Source: the human T2T-CHM13v2.0 reference genome, Homo sapiens
Length of the DNA: 64,000 nucleotides
NCBI RefSeq assembly: GCF_009914755.1
Contig: NC_060942.1
Strand: one strand, 5' to 3'
A model generated the notes under the pieces. It did no database searches. It saw only the letters and a program-made list of their open reading frames with translations, and was not told the origin of the DNA. The number at the start of each line of letters is the position of its first letter. Position 1 is the stretch's first letter. A program made the translations under genes and the position numbers. Below are positions 25,870-39,600 of this stretch, piece by piece.

Positions 25870-28800
25870 TCTTTTTGTGGAATCTCCAAGTGGATATTTG
25901 GCTAGTTTTGAGGATTTCGTTGGAAGCGGGAATTCATACAAATTGCAGACTGCAGCGTTCTGAGAAACATCTTTGTGATGTTTGTATTCAGGACACAGAG
26001 ATGAACATTCCCTATCATAGAGCAGGTTGGAATCACTCCTTTTGTAGTATCTGGAAGTGGACATTTGGAGCGCTTTCAGGCCTATGTTGAAAAAGGAAAT
26101 ATCTTCCCATAACAACTAGACACAAGCATTCTCAGAAACTTGTTTGTGATGTGTGCCCTCTACTGACAGAGTTGAACCTTTCTTTTCATAGAGCAGTTTT
26201 GAAACACTCTTTTTGTAGAATCTGCAAGAGCATATTTGCATAGCTTTGAGGATTTCGTGGGAAACGGGATTGTCTTCAGGTAAAATCTAGACAGAAGCAT
26301 TCTCAGAAACTTCTTTGGGATGTTTGCATTCAAGTCACAGAGTAGAACATTCCCTTTGGTAGAGCAGGTTTGAAACACTCTTTTTGTAGTATCTGGAAGT
26401 GGACATTTGGAGCGCTTTCAGGCCCATGTTGGAAAGGGAAATATCTTCCCGTAACAACTAGGCAGAAGAATTCTCTGAAACTTTTTTGAGATGTGTGTAC
26501 TCAACTAAGAGAATTGAACCACCGTTTTGAAGGAGCAGTTTTGAAACACTCTTTTTCTGGAATCTGCTAGAGGATATTTGCCTAGCTTTGAGGATTTCGT
26601 TGGAAACGGGATTGTCTTCAGATAAAATCTAGACAGAAGCATTCTCAGAAACTTCTTTGGGATGTTTGTATTCAAGTCACAGAGTAGAACATTCCCTTTG
26701 GTAGAGCAGGTTTGAAACACTCTTTTTTTAGTATATGGAAATGGACATTTGGAGCGCTTTCAGGCCTACGTTGGAAAAGGAAATATCTTCCCATAACAAC
26801 TAGACAGAAGCATTCTCAGAAACTAGTTTCTGATGTGTGTCCTCAACTAACACAGTTGAACTTTTCTTTAGACAGAACAGTTTTGAAACACTCTTTTTGT
26901 GGAATCTGCAAGTGGATATTTGGCTAGATTTGAGGATTTCGTTGGAAACGGGATTACATATAAAAAGCAGACAGCAGCATTCTCAGAAAGTTCTTTGTGA
27001 TGATTGCATTCAAGTCACAGAATTGAACATTCCCTTTCACAGAGCAGGTTTGAAACACTCTTTTTGTAGTGTGTGTAAGTGGACATTTGGAGCACTTTCC
27101 GGCCTAAGGTGAAAAAGGAAATATCTTCCCATAAAAACTAGACAGAAGCATTCTCAGAAACTTACTCGTGATGTGTGTCCTCAACTAAAGGAGTAGAACC
27201 TTTCTATTCATAGAGAAGTTTTGAAACGCTCTTTTTGTGGAATCTCCAAGTGGATATTTGGCTAGTTTTGAGGATTTCGTTGGATTCGGGAATTCATACA
27301 AATTGCAGACTGCAGCGTTCTGAGAAACATCTTTGTGATGTTTGTATTCAGGACACAGAGATGAACATTCCCTATCATAGAGCAGGTTGGAATCACTCCT
27401 TTTGTAGTATCTGGAAGTGGACATTTGGAGCGCTTTCAGGCCTATGTTGAAAAAGGAAATATCTTCCCATAACAACTAGACACAAGCATTCTCAGAAACT
27501 TGTTTGTGATGTGTGCCCTCTGCTGACAGAGTTGAACCTTTCTTTTCATAGAGCAGTTTTGAAACACTCTTTTTGTAGAATCTGCAAGAGGATATTTGCA
27601 TAGCTTCGAGGATTTCGTGGGAAACGGGATTGTCTTCAGGTAAAATCTAGACAGAAGCATTCTCAGAAACTTCTTTGGGATGTTTGCATTCAAGTCACAG
27701 AGTAGAACATTCCCTTTGGTAGAGCAGGTTTGAAACCCTCTTTTTGTAGTATCTGGAAGTGGACATTTGGAGCACTATCAGGCCCATGTTGGAAAGGGAA
27801 ATATCTTCCCGTAACAACTAGGCAGAAGCATTCTCAGAAACTTATTTGAGATGTGTGTACTCCACTAAGAGAATTGAACCACCGTTTTGAAGGAGCAGTT
27901 TTGAAACACTCTTTTTCTGGAATCTGCAAGAGTATATTTGCCTAGCCTTGAAGATTTCGTTGGAAACGGGATTGTCTTCAGATAAAATCTAGACAGAAGC
28001 ATTCTCAGAAACTTCTTTGGGATGTTTGCATTCAAGTCACAGAGTAGAACATTCCCTTTGGTAGAGCAGGTTTGAAACACTCCTTTTTTAGTATATGGAA
28101 GTGGACATTTGGAGCGCTTTCAGGCCTACGTTGGAAAAGGAAATATCTTCCCATAACAACTAGACAGAAGCATTCTCAGAAACTAGTTTCTGATGTGTGT
28201 CCTCAACTAACACAGTTGAACTTTTCTTTAGACAGAACAGTTTTGAAACACTCTTTTTGTGGAATCTGCAAGTGGATATTTGGCTAGATTTGAGGATTTC
28301 GTTGGAAACGGGATTACATATAAAAAGCAGACAGCAGCATTCTCAGAAAGTTCTTTGTGATGATTGCATTCAAGTCACAGAATTGAACATTCCCTTTCAC
28401 AGAGCAGGTTTGAAACACTCTTTTTGTAGTGTGTGTAAGTGGACATTTGGAGCGCTTTCCGGCCTAAGGTGAAAAAGGAAATATCTTCCCATAAAAACTA
28501 GACAGAAGCATTCTCAGAAACTTACTCGTGATGTGTGTCCTCAACTAAAGGAGTAGAACCTTTCTATTCATAGAGAAGTTTTCAAACGCTCTTTTTGTGG
28601 AATCTCCAAGTGGATATTTGGCTAGTTTTGAGGATTTCGTTGGAAGCGGGAATTCATACAAATTGCAGACTGCAGCGTTCTGAGAAACATCTTTGTGATG
28701 TTTGTATTCAGGACACAGAGATGAACATTCCCTATCATAGAGCAGGTTGGAATCACTCCTTTTGTAGTATCTGGAAGTGGACATTTGGAGCGCTTTCAGG

Positions 28801-31560
28801 CCTATGTTGAAAAAGGAAATATCTTCCCATAACAACTAGACACAAGCATTCTCAGAAACTTGTTTGTGATGTGTGCCCTCTACTGACAGAGTTGAACCTT
28901 TCTTTTCATAGAGCAGTTTTGAAACACTCTTTTTGTAGAATCTGCAAGAGGATATTTGCATAGCTTTGAGGATTTCGTGGGAAACGGGATTGTCTTCAGG
29001 TAAAATCTAGACAGAAGCATTCTCAGAAACTTCTTTGGGATGTTTGCATTCAAGTCACAGAGTAGAACATTCCCTTTGGTAGAGCAGGTTTGAAACACTC
29101 TTTTTGTAGTATCTGGAAGTGGACATTTGGAGCGCTTTCAGGCCCATGTTGGAAAGGGAAATATCTTCCCGTAACAACTAGGCAGAAGAATTCTCTGAAA
29201 CTTTTTTGAGATGTGTGTACTCAACTAAGAGAATTGAACCACCGTTTTGAAGGAGCAGTTTTGAAACACTCTTTTTCTGGAATCTGCTAGAGGATATTTG
29301 CCTAGCTTTGAGGATTTCGTTGGAAACGGGATTGTCTTCAGATAAAATCTAGACAGAAGCATTCTCAGAAACTTCTTTGGGATGTTTGTATTCAAGTCAC
29401 AGAGTAGAACATTCCCTTTGGTAGAGCAGGTTTGAAACACTCTTTTTTTAGTATATGGAAATGGACATTTGGAGCGCTTTCAGCCCTACGTTGGAAAAGG
29501 AAATATCTTCCCATAACAACTAGACAGAAGCATTCTCAGAAACTAGTTTCTGATGTGTGTCCTCAACTAACACAGTTGAACTTTTCTTTAGACAGAACAG
29601 TTTTGAAACACTCTTTTTGTGGAATCTGCAAGTGGATATTTGGCTAGATTTGAGGATTTCGTTGGAAACGGGATTACATATAAAAAGCAGACAGCAGCAT
29701 TCTCAGAAAGTTCTTTGTGATGATTGCATTCAAGTCACAGAATTGAACATTCCCTTTCACAGAGCAGGTTTGAAACACTCTTTTTGTAGTGTGTGTAAGT
29801 GGACATTTGGAGCACTTTCCGGCCTAAGGTGAAAAAGGAAATATCTTCCCATAAAAAGTAGACAGAAGCATTCTCAGAAACTTACTCGTGATGTGTGTCC
29901 TCAACTAAAGGAGTAGAACCTTTCTATTCATAGAGAAGTTTTGAAACGCTCTTTTTGTGGAATCTCCAAGTGGATATTTGGCTAGTTTTGAGGATTTCGT
30001 TGGATTCGGGAATTCATACAAATTGCAGACTGCAGCGTTCTGAGAAACATCTTTGTGATGTTTGTATTCAGGACACAGAGATGAACATTCCCTATCATAG
30101 AGCAGGTTGGAATCACTCCTTTTGTAGTATCTGGAAGTGGACATTTGGAGCGCTTTCAGGCCTATGTTGAAAAAGGAAATATCTTCCCATAACAACTAGA
30201 CACAAGCATTCTCAGAAACTTGTTTGTGATGTGTGCCCTCTGCTGACAGAGTTGAACCTTTCTTTTCATAGAGCAGTTTTGAAACACTCTTTTTGTAGAA
30301 TCTGCAAGAGGATATTTGCATAGCTTCGAGGATTTCGTGGGAAACGGGATTGTCTTCAGGTAAAATCTAGACAGAAGCATTCTCAGAAACTTCTTTGGGA
30401 TGTTTGCATTCAAGTCACAGAGTAGAACATTCCCTTTGGTAGAGCAGGTTTGAAACCCTCTTTTTGTAGTATCTGGAAGTGGACATTTGGAGCACTATCA
30501 GGCCCATGTTGGAAAGGGAAATATCTTCCCGTAACAACTAGGCAGAAGCATTCTCAGAAACTTATTTGAGATGTGTGTACTCCACTAAGAGAATTGAACC
30601 ACCGTTTTGAAGGAGCAGTTTTGAAACACTCTTTTTCTGGAATCTGCAAGAGTATATTTGCCTAGCCTTGAAGATTTCGTTGGAAACGGGATTGTCTTCA
30701 GATAAAATCTAGACAGAAGCATTCTCAGAAACTTCTTTGGGATGTTTGCATTCAAGTCACAGAGTAGAACATTCCCTTTGGTAGAGCAGGTTTGAAACAC
30801 TCCTTTTTTAGTATATGGAAGTGGACATTTGGAGCGCTTTCAGGCCTACGTTGGAAAAGGAAATATCTTCCCATAACAACTAGACAGAAGCATTCTCAGA
30901 AACTAGTTTCTGATGTGTGTCCTCAACTAACACAGTTGAACTTTTCTTTAGACAGAACAGTTTTGAAACACTCTTTTTGTGGAATCTGCAAGTGGATATT
31001 TGGCTAGATTTGAGGATTTCGTTGGAAACGGGATTACATATAAAAAGCAGACAGCAGCATTCTCAGAAAGTTCTTTGTGATGATTGCATTCAAGTCACAG
31101 AATTGAACATTCCCTTTCACAGAGCAGGTTTGAAACACTCTTTTTGTAGTGTGTGTAAGTGGACATTTGGAGCGCTTTCCGGCCTAAGGTGAAAAAGGAA
31201 ATATCTTCCCATAAAAACTAGACAGAAGCATTCTCAGAAACTTACTCGTGATGTGTGTCCTCAACTAAAGGAGTAGAACCTTTCTATTCATAGAGAAGTT
31301 TTCAAACGCTCTTTTTGTGGAATCTCCAAGTGGATATTTGGCTAGTTTTGAGGATTTCGTTGGAAGCGGGAATTCATACAAATTGCAGACTGCAGCGTTC
31401 TGAGAAACATCTTTGTGATGTTTGTATTCAGGACACAGAGATGAACATTCCCTATCATAGAGCAGGTTGGAATCACTCCTTTTGTAGTATCTGGAAGTGG
31501 ACATTTGGAGCGCTTTCAGGCCTATGTTGAAAAAGGAAATATCTTCCCATAACAACTAGA
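25870..31560 (+). repeat. Tandem duplication of two 8-mers, period 2720 bp
   Basis: Extra EcoRI site 26468/29188, TGGATTCGGG 27281/30001, TAGCTTCGAG 27601/30321, TCCACTAAG 27861/30581, TCCTTTTTTA 28081/30801. Confidence 0.9.
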
Positions 31561-34298
31561 CACAAGGATTCTCAGAAACTTGTTTGTGATGTGTGCCCTC
31601 TACTGACAGAGTTGAACCTTTCTTTTCATAGAGCAGTTTTGAAACACTCTTTTTGTAGAATCTGCAAGAGGATATTTGCATAGCTTTGAGGATTTCGTGG
31701 GAAACGGGATTGTCTTCAGGTAAAATCTAGACAGAAGCATTCTCAGAAACTTCTTTGGGATGTTTGCATTCAAGTCACAGAGTAGAACATTCCCTTTGGT
31801 AGAGCAGGATTGAAACCCTCTTTTTGTAGTATCTGGAAGTGGACATTTGGAGCGCTATCAGGCCCATGTTGGAAAGGGAAATATCTTCCCGTAACAACTA
31901 GGCAGAAGCATTCTCAGAAACTTATTTGAGATGTGTGTACTCAACAAAGAGAATTGAACCACCGTTTTGAAGGAGCAGTTTTGAAACACTCTTTTTCTGG
32001 AATCTGCAAGAGTATATTTGCCTAGCCTTGAGGATTTCGTTGGAAACGGGATTGTCTTCAGATAAAATCTAGACAGAAGCATTCTCAGAAACTTCTTTGG
32101 GATGTTTGCATTCAAGTCACAGAGTAGAACATTCCCTTTGGTAGAGCAGGTTTGCAACACTCTTTTTTTAGTATAGGGAAGTGGACATTTGGAGCGCTTT
32201 CAGGCCTATGTTGAAAAAAGAAATATCTTCCCATAACAACTAGACACAAGCATTCTCAGAAACTTGTTTGTGATGTGTGCCCTCTGCTGACAGAGTTGAA
32301 CCTTTCTTTTCATAGAGCAGTTTTGAAACACTCTTTTTGTAGAATCTGCAAGAGGATATTTGCATAGCTTTGAGGATTTCGTGGGAAACGGGATTGTCTT
32401 CAGCTAAAATCTAGACAGAAGCATTCTCAGAAACTTCTTTGTGATGTTTGCATTCAAGTCACAGAGTAGAACATTCCCTTTGGTATAGCAGGTTTGAAAC
32501 CCTCTTTTTGTACTATCTGGAAGTGGACATTTGGAGCGCTATCAGGCCCATGTTGGAAAGGGAAATATCTTCCCGTAACAACTAGGCAGAAGCATTCTCA
32601 GAAGCTTATTTGAGATGTGTGTACTCAACTAAGAGAATTGAACCACCGTTTTGAAGGAGCAGTTTTGAAACACTCTTTTTCTGGAATCTGCAAGAGTATA
32701 TTTGCCTAGCCTTGAGGATTTCGTTGGAAACGGGATTGTCTTCAGATAAAATCTAGACAGAAGCATTCTCAGAAACTTCTTTGGGATGTTTGCATTCAAG
32801 TCACAGAGTAGAACATTCCCTTTGGTAGAGCAGGTTTGAAACACTCTTTTTTTAGTATATGGAAGTGGACATTTGGAGCGCTTTCAGGCCTACGTTGGAA
32901 AAGGAAATATCTTCCCATAACAATTAGACACAAGCATTCTCAGAAACTTGTTTGTGATGTGTGCCCTCTACTGACCGAGTTGAACCTTTCTTTTCATAGA
33001 GCAGTTTTGAAACACTCTTTTTGTAGAATCTGCAAGAGGATATTTGCATAGCTTTGAGGTTTTCGTCGGAAACGGGATTGTCTTCAGGTAAAATCTAGAC
33101 AGAAGCATTCTCAGAAACTTCTTTGGGATGTTTGCATTCAAGTCACAGAGTAGAACCTTCCCTTTGCTAGAGCAGGTTTGAAACAATCTTTTTGTAGTAT
33201 CTGGAAGTGGACATATGGAGCGCTTTCAGGCCCATGTTGGAAAGGGAAATATCTTCCCGTAACAACTAGGCAGAAGCATTCTCAGAAACTTATTTGAGAT
33301 GTGTGTACTCAACTAAGAGAATTGAACCACCGTTTTCAAGGAGCAGATTTGAAACACTCTTTTTCTGGAATCTGCAAGAGTATATTTGCCTAGCCTTGAG
33401 GATTTCGTTGGAAACGGGATTGTCTTCAGATCAAATCTAGACAGAAGCATTCTCAGAAACTTCTTTGGGATGTTTGCATTCAAGTCACAGAGTAGAACAT
33501 TCCCTTTGGTAGAGCAGGTTTGAAACACTCTTTTTGTAGTATCTGGAAGTGGACATTTGGAGCGCTTTCAGGCCCATGTTGGAAAGGGAAATATCTTCCC
33601 GTAACAACTAGGCAGAAGCATTCTCAGAAACTTATTTGAGATGTGTGTACTCAACTAAGAGAATTGAACCACCGTTTTGAAGGACCAGTTTTGAAACACT
33701 CTTTTTCTGGAATCTGCAAGAGTATATTTGCCTAGCCTTGATGATTTCGTTGGAAACGGGATTGTCTTCAGATAAAATCTAGACAGAAGCATTCTCAGAA
33801 AGTTCTTTGGGATGTTTGCATTCAAGTCACAGAGTAGAACGTTCCCTTTGGTACAGCAGGTTTGAAACACTCTTTTTTTAGTATATAGAAGTGGACATTT
33901 GGAGCGCATTCAGGCCTACGTTGGAAAAGGAAATATCTTCCCATAACAACTAGACAGAAGCATTCTCAGAAACTAGTTTCTGATGTGTGTCCTCAACTAA
34001 CACAGTTGAACTTTTCTTTAGACAGAACAGTTTTGAAACACTCTTTTTGTGGAATCTGCAAGTGGATATTTGGCTAGATTTGAGGATTTCGTTGGAAACG
34101 GGATTACATATAAAAAGCAGACAGCAGCATTCTCAGAAAGTTCTTTGTGATGATTGCATTCAAGTCACAGAATTGAACATTGCCTTTCACAAAGCAGGTT
34201 TGAAACACTCTTTTTGTAGTGTGTGTAAGTGGACATTTGGAGCGCTTTCCGGCCTAAGGTGAAAAAGGAAATATCTTCCCATAAAAACTAGACAGAAG
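31229..34298 (+). repeat. 3070-bp 18-mer variant HOR (Q-R-S-R-S-R-S*-S-P)
   Basis: Q spacing 31265->34335 = 1360+5x342. Dimer starts at 31567 R, 31909 S, 32251 R, 32593 S, 32935 R, 33277 S*, 33619 S, 33961 P. Confidence 0.88.
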
Positions 34299-36684
34299 CA
34301 TTCTCAGAAACTTACTCGTGATGTGTGTCCTCAACTAAAGGAGTAGAACCTTTCTATTCATAGAGAAGTTTTCAAACGCTCTTTTTGTGGAATCTCCAAG
34401 TGGATATTTGGCTAGTTTTGAGGATTTCGTTGGAAGCGGGAATTCATACAAATTGCAGACTGCAGCGTTCTGAGAAACATCTTTGTGATGTTTGTATTCA
34501 GGACACAGAGATGAACATTCCCTATCATAGAGCAGGTTGGAATCACTCCTTTTGTAGTATCTGGAAGTGGACATTTGGAGCGCTTTCAGGCCTATGTTGA
34601 AAAAGGAAATATCTTCCCATAACAACTAGACACAAGCATTCTCAGAAACTTGTTTGTGATGTGTGACCTCTATTGACAGAGTTGAACCTTTCTTTTCATA
34701 GAGCAGTTTTGAAACACTCTTTTTGTAGAATCTGCAAGAGGATATTTGCATAGCTTTGAGGATTTCGTGGGAAACGGGATTGTCTTCAGGTAAAATCTAG
34801 ACAGAAGCATTCTCAGAAACTTCTTTGTGATGTTTGCATTCAAGTCACAGAGTAGAACATTCCCTTTGGTAGAGCAGGTTTGAAACCCTCTTTTTGTAGT
34901 ATCTGGAAGTGGACATTTGGAGCGCTATCAGGCCCATGTTGGAAAGGGAAATATCTTCCCGTAACAACTAGGCAGAAGCATTCTCAGAAACTTACTTTGG
35001 ATGTGTGTACTCAACTAAGAGAATTGAACCACCGTTTTCAAGGAGCAGTTTTGAAACACTCTTTTTCTGGAATATGCAAGAGTATATTTGCCTAGCCTTG
35101 AGGATTTCGTTGGAAACGGGATTGTCTTCAGATCAAATCTAGACAGAAGCATTCTCAGAAACTTCTTTGGGATGTTTGCATTCAAGTCACAGAGTAGAAC
35201 ATTCCCTTTGGTAGAGCAGGTTTGAAACACTCTTTTTTTAGTATATGGAAGTGGACATTTGGAGCGCTTTCAGGCCTACGTTGGAAAAGGAAATATCTTC
35301 CCTTAACAACTAGACAGAAGCATTCTCAGAAACTTGTTTGTGATGTGTGCCCTCTACTGACCGAGTTGAACCTTTCTTTTCATAGAGCAGTTTTGAAACA
35401 CTCTTTTTGTAGAATCTGCAAGAGGATATTTGCATAGGTTTGAGGATTTCGTGCGAAACGGGATTGTCTTCAGGTAAAATCTACACAGAAGCATTCTCAG
35501 AAACTTCTTTGGGATGTTTGCATTCAAGTCACAGAGTAGAACATTCCCTTTGGTAGAGCAGGTTTGAAACACTCTTTTTGTAGTATCTGGAAGTGGACAT
35601 ATGGAGCGCTTTCAGGCCCATGTTGGAAAGGGAAATATCTTCCCGTAACAACTAGGCAGAAGCATTCTCAGAAACTTATTTGAGATGTGTGTACTCAACT
35701 AAGAGAATTGAAATACCGTTTTGAAGGAGCAGTTTTGAAACACTCTTTTTCTGGAATCTGCAAGAGTATGTTTGCCTAGCCTTGAGGATTTCGTTGGAAA
35801 CGGGATTGTCTTCAGATAAAATCTAGACAGAAGCATTCTCAGAAACTTCTTTGGGATGTTTGCATTCAAGTCACAGAGTAGAACATTCCCTTTGGTAGAG
35901 CAGGTTTGAAACACTCTTTTTGTAGTATCTGGAAGTGGACATTTGGAGCGCTTTCAGGCCCATGATGGAAAGGGAAATATCTTCCAGTAACAACTAGGCA
36001 GAAGCATTCTCAGAAACTTATTTGAGATGTGTGTACTCCACTAAGAGAATTGAACCACCGTTTTGAAGGAGCAGTTTTGAAACACTCTTTTTCTGGAATC
36101 TGCAAGAGTATATTTGCCTAGCCTTGAAGATTTCGTTGGAAACGGGATTGTCTTCAGATAAAATCTAGACAGAAGCATTCTCAGAAACTTCTTTGGGATG
36201 TTTGCATTCAAGTCACAGAGTAGAACATTCCCTTTGGTAGAGCAGGTTTGAAACACTCTTTTTTTAGTATATGGAAGTGGACATTTGGAGCGCTTTCAGG
36301 CCTACGTTGGAAAAGGAAATATCTTCCCATAACAACTAGACAGAAGCATTCTCAGAAACTAGTTTCTGATGTGTGTCCTCAACTAACACAGTTGAACTTT
36401 TCTTTAGACAGAACAGTTTTGAAACACTCTTTTTGTGGAATCTGCAAGTGGATATTTGGCTAGATTTGAGGATTTCGTTGGAAACGGGATTACATATAAA
36501 AAGCAGACAGCAGCATTCTCAGAAAGTTCTTTGTGATGATTGCATTCAAGTCACAGAATTGAACATTCCCTTTCACAGAGCAGGTTTGAAACACTCTTTT
36601 TGTAGTGTGTGTAAGTGGACATTTGGAGCGCTTTCCGGCCTAAGGTGAAAAAGGAAATATCTTCCCATAAAAACTAGACAGAAG
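34299..36684 (+). repeat. 2386-bp 14-mer variant HOR (Q-R-S-R-S*-S-P)
   Basis: Q spacing 34335->36721 = 1360+3x342. Dimer starts at 34637 R, 34979 S, 35321 R, 35663 S*, 36005 S, 36347 P. Confidence 0.88.
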
Positions 36685-39600
36685 CATTCTCAGAAACTTA
36701 CTCGTGATGTGTGTCCTCAACTAAAGGAGTAGAACCTTTCTATTCATAGAGAAGTTTTGAAACGCTCTTTTTGTGGAATCTCCAAGTGGATATTTGGCTA
36801 GTTTTGAGGATTTCGTTGGAAGCAGGAATTCATACAAATTGCAGACTGCAGCGTTATGAGAAACATCTTTGTGATGTTTGTATTCAGGACACAGAGATGA
36901 ACATTCCCTATCATAGAGCAGGTTGGAATCACTCCTTTTGTAGTATCTGGAAGTGGACATTTGGAGCGCTTTCAGGCCTATGTTGAAAAAGGAAATATCT
37001 TCCCATAACAACTAGACACAAGCATTCTCAGAAACTTGTTTGTGATGTGTGCCCTCTACTGACAGAGTTGAACCTTTCTTTTCATAGAGCAGTTTTGAAA
37101 CACTCTTTTTGTAGAATCTGCAAGAGGTTATTTGCATAGCTTTGAGGATTTCGTGGGAAACGGGATTGTCTTCAGCTAAAATCTAGACAGAAGCATTCTC
37201 AGAAACTTCTTTGTGATGTTTGCATTCAAGTCACAGAGTAGAACATTCCCTTTGGTAGAGCAGGTTTGAAACCCTCTTTTTGTAGTATCTGGAAGTGGAC
37301 ATTTGGAGCGCTATCAGGCCCATGTTGGAAAGGGAAATATCTTCCCGTAACAACTAGGCAGAAGCATTCTCAGAAGCTTATTTGAGATGTGTGTACTCAA
37401 CTAAGAGAATTGAACCACCGTTTTGAAGGAGCAGTTTTGAAACACTCTTTTTCTGGAATCTGCAAGAGTATATTTGCCTAGCCTTGATGATTTCGTTGGA
37501 AACGGGATTGTCTTCAGATAAAATCTAGACAGAAGCATTCTCAGAAAGTTCTTTGGGATGTTTGCATTCAAGTCACAGAGTAGAACGTTCCCTTTGGTAG
37601 AGCAGGTTTGAAACACTCTTTTTTTAGTATATGGAAGTGGACATTTGGAGCGCTTTCAGGCCTACGTTGGAAAAGGAAATATCTTCCCATAACAACTAGA
37701 CAGAAGCATTCTCAGAAACTAGTTTCTGATGTGTGTCCTCAACTAACACAGTTGAACTTTTCTTTAGACAGAACAGTTTTGAAACACTCTTTTTGTGGAA
37801 TCTGCAAGTGGATATTTGGCTAGATTTGAGGATTTCGTTGGAAACGGGATTACATATAAAAAGCAGACAGCAGCATTCTCAGAAAGTTCTTTGTGATGAT
37901 TGCATTCAAGTCACAGAATTGAACATTGCCTTTCACAGAGTAGGTTTGAAACACTCTTTTTGTAGTGTGTGTAAGTGGACATTTGGAGCGCTATCCGGCC
38001 TAAGGTGAAAAAGGAAATATCTTCCCATAAAAACTAGACAGAAGCATTCTCAGAAACTTACTCGTGATGTGTGTCCTCAACTAAAGGAGTAGAACCTTTC
38101 TCTTCATAGAGAAGTTTTGAAACGCTCTTTTTGTGGAATCTCCAAGTGGATATTTGGCTAGTTTTGAGGATTTCGTTGGAAGCGGGAATTCATACAAATT
38201 GCAGACTGCAGCGTTCTGAGAAACATCTTTGTGATGTTTGTATTCAGGACACAGAGATGAACATTCCCTATCATAGAGCATGTTGGAATCACTCCTTTTG
38301 TAGTATCTGGAAGTGGACATTTGGAGCGCTTTCAGGCCTATGTTGAAAAAGGAAATATCTTCCCATAACAACTAGACACAAGCATTCTCAGAAACTTGTT
38401 TGTGATGTGTGCCCTCTACTGACAGAGTTGAACCTTTCTTTTCATAGAGCAGTTTTGAGACACTCTTTTTGTAGAATCTGCAAGAGGATATTTGCATAGC
38501 TTTGAGGATTTCGTGGGAAACGGGATTGTCTTCAGGTAAAATCTAGACAGAAGCATTCTCAGAAACTTCTTTGGGATGTTTGCATTCAAGTCACAGAGTA
38601 GAACATTCCCTTTGGTAGAGCAGGTTTGAAACACTCTTTTTGTAGTATCTGGAAGTGGACATATGGACCGCTTTCAGGCCCATGTTGGAAAGGGAAATAT
38701 CTTCCCGTAACAACTAGGCAGAAGCATTCTCAGAAACTTATTTGAGATGTGTGTACTCAACTAAGAGAATTGAACCACCGTTTTGAAGGAGCAGTTTTGA
38801 AACACTCTTTTTCTGGAATCTGCAAGAGGATATTTGCCTAGCCTTGAGGATTTCGTTGGAAACGGGATTGTCTTCAGATAAAATCTAGACAGAAGCATTC
38901 TCAGAAACTTCTTTGGGATGTTTGCATTCAAGTCACAGAGTAGAACATTCCCTTTGGTAGAGCAGGTTTGAAACACTCTTTTTTTAGTATATGGAAGTGG
39001 ACATTTGGAGCGCTTTCAGGCCTACGTTGGAAAAGGAAATATCTTCCCATAACAACTAGACAGAAGCATTCTCAGAAACTAGTTTCTGATGTGTGTCCTC
39101 AGCTAACACAGTTGAACTTTTCTTTAGACAGAACAGTTTTGAAACACTCTTTTTGTGGAATCTGCAAGTGGATATTTGGCTAGATTTGAGGATTTCGTTG
39201 GAAACGGGATTACATATAAAAAGCAGACAGCAGCATTCTCAGAAAGTTCTTTGTGATGATTGCATTCAAGTCACAGAATTGAACATTCCCTTTCACAGAG
39301 CAGGTTTGAAACACTCTTTTTGTAGTGTGTGTAAGTGGACATTTGGAGCGCTTTCCGGCCTAAGGTGAAAAAGGAAATATCTTCCCATAAAAACTAGACA
39401 GAGGCATTCTCAGAAACTTACTCGTGATGTGTGTCCTCAACTAAAGGAGTAGAACCTTTCTATGCATAGAGAAGTTTTGAAACGCTCTTTTTGTGGAATC
39501 TCCAAGTGGATATTTGGCTAGTTTTGAGGATTTCGTTGGAAGCGGGAATTCATACAAATTGCAGACTGCAGCGTTCTGAGAAACATCTTTGTAATGTTTG

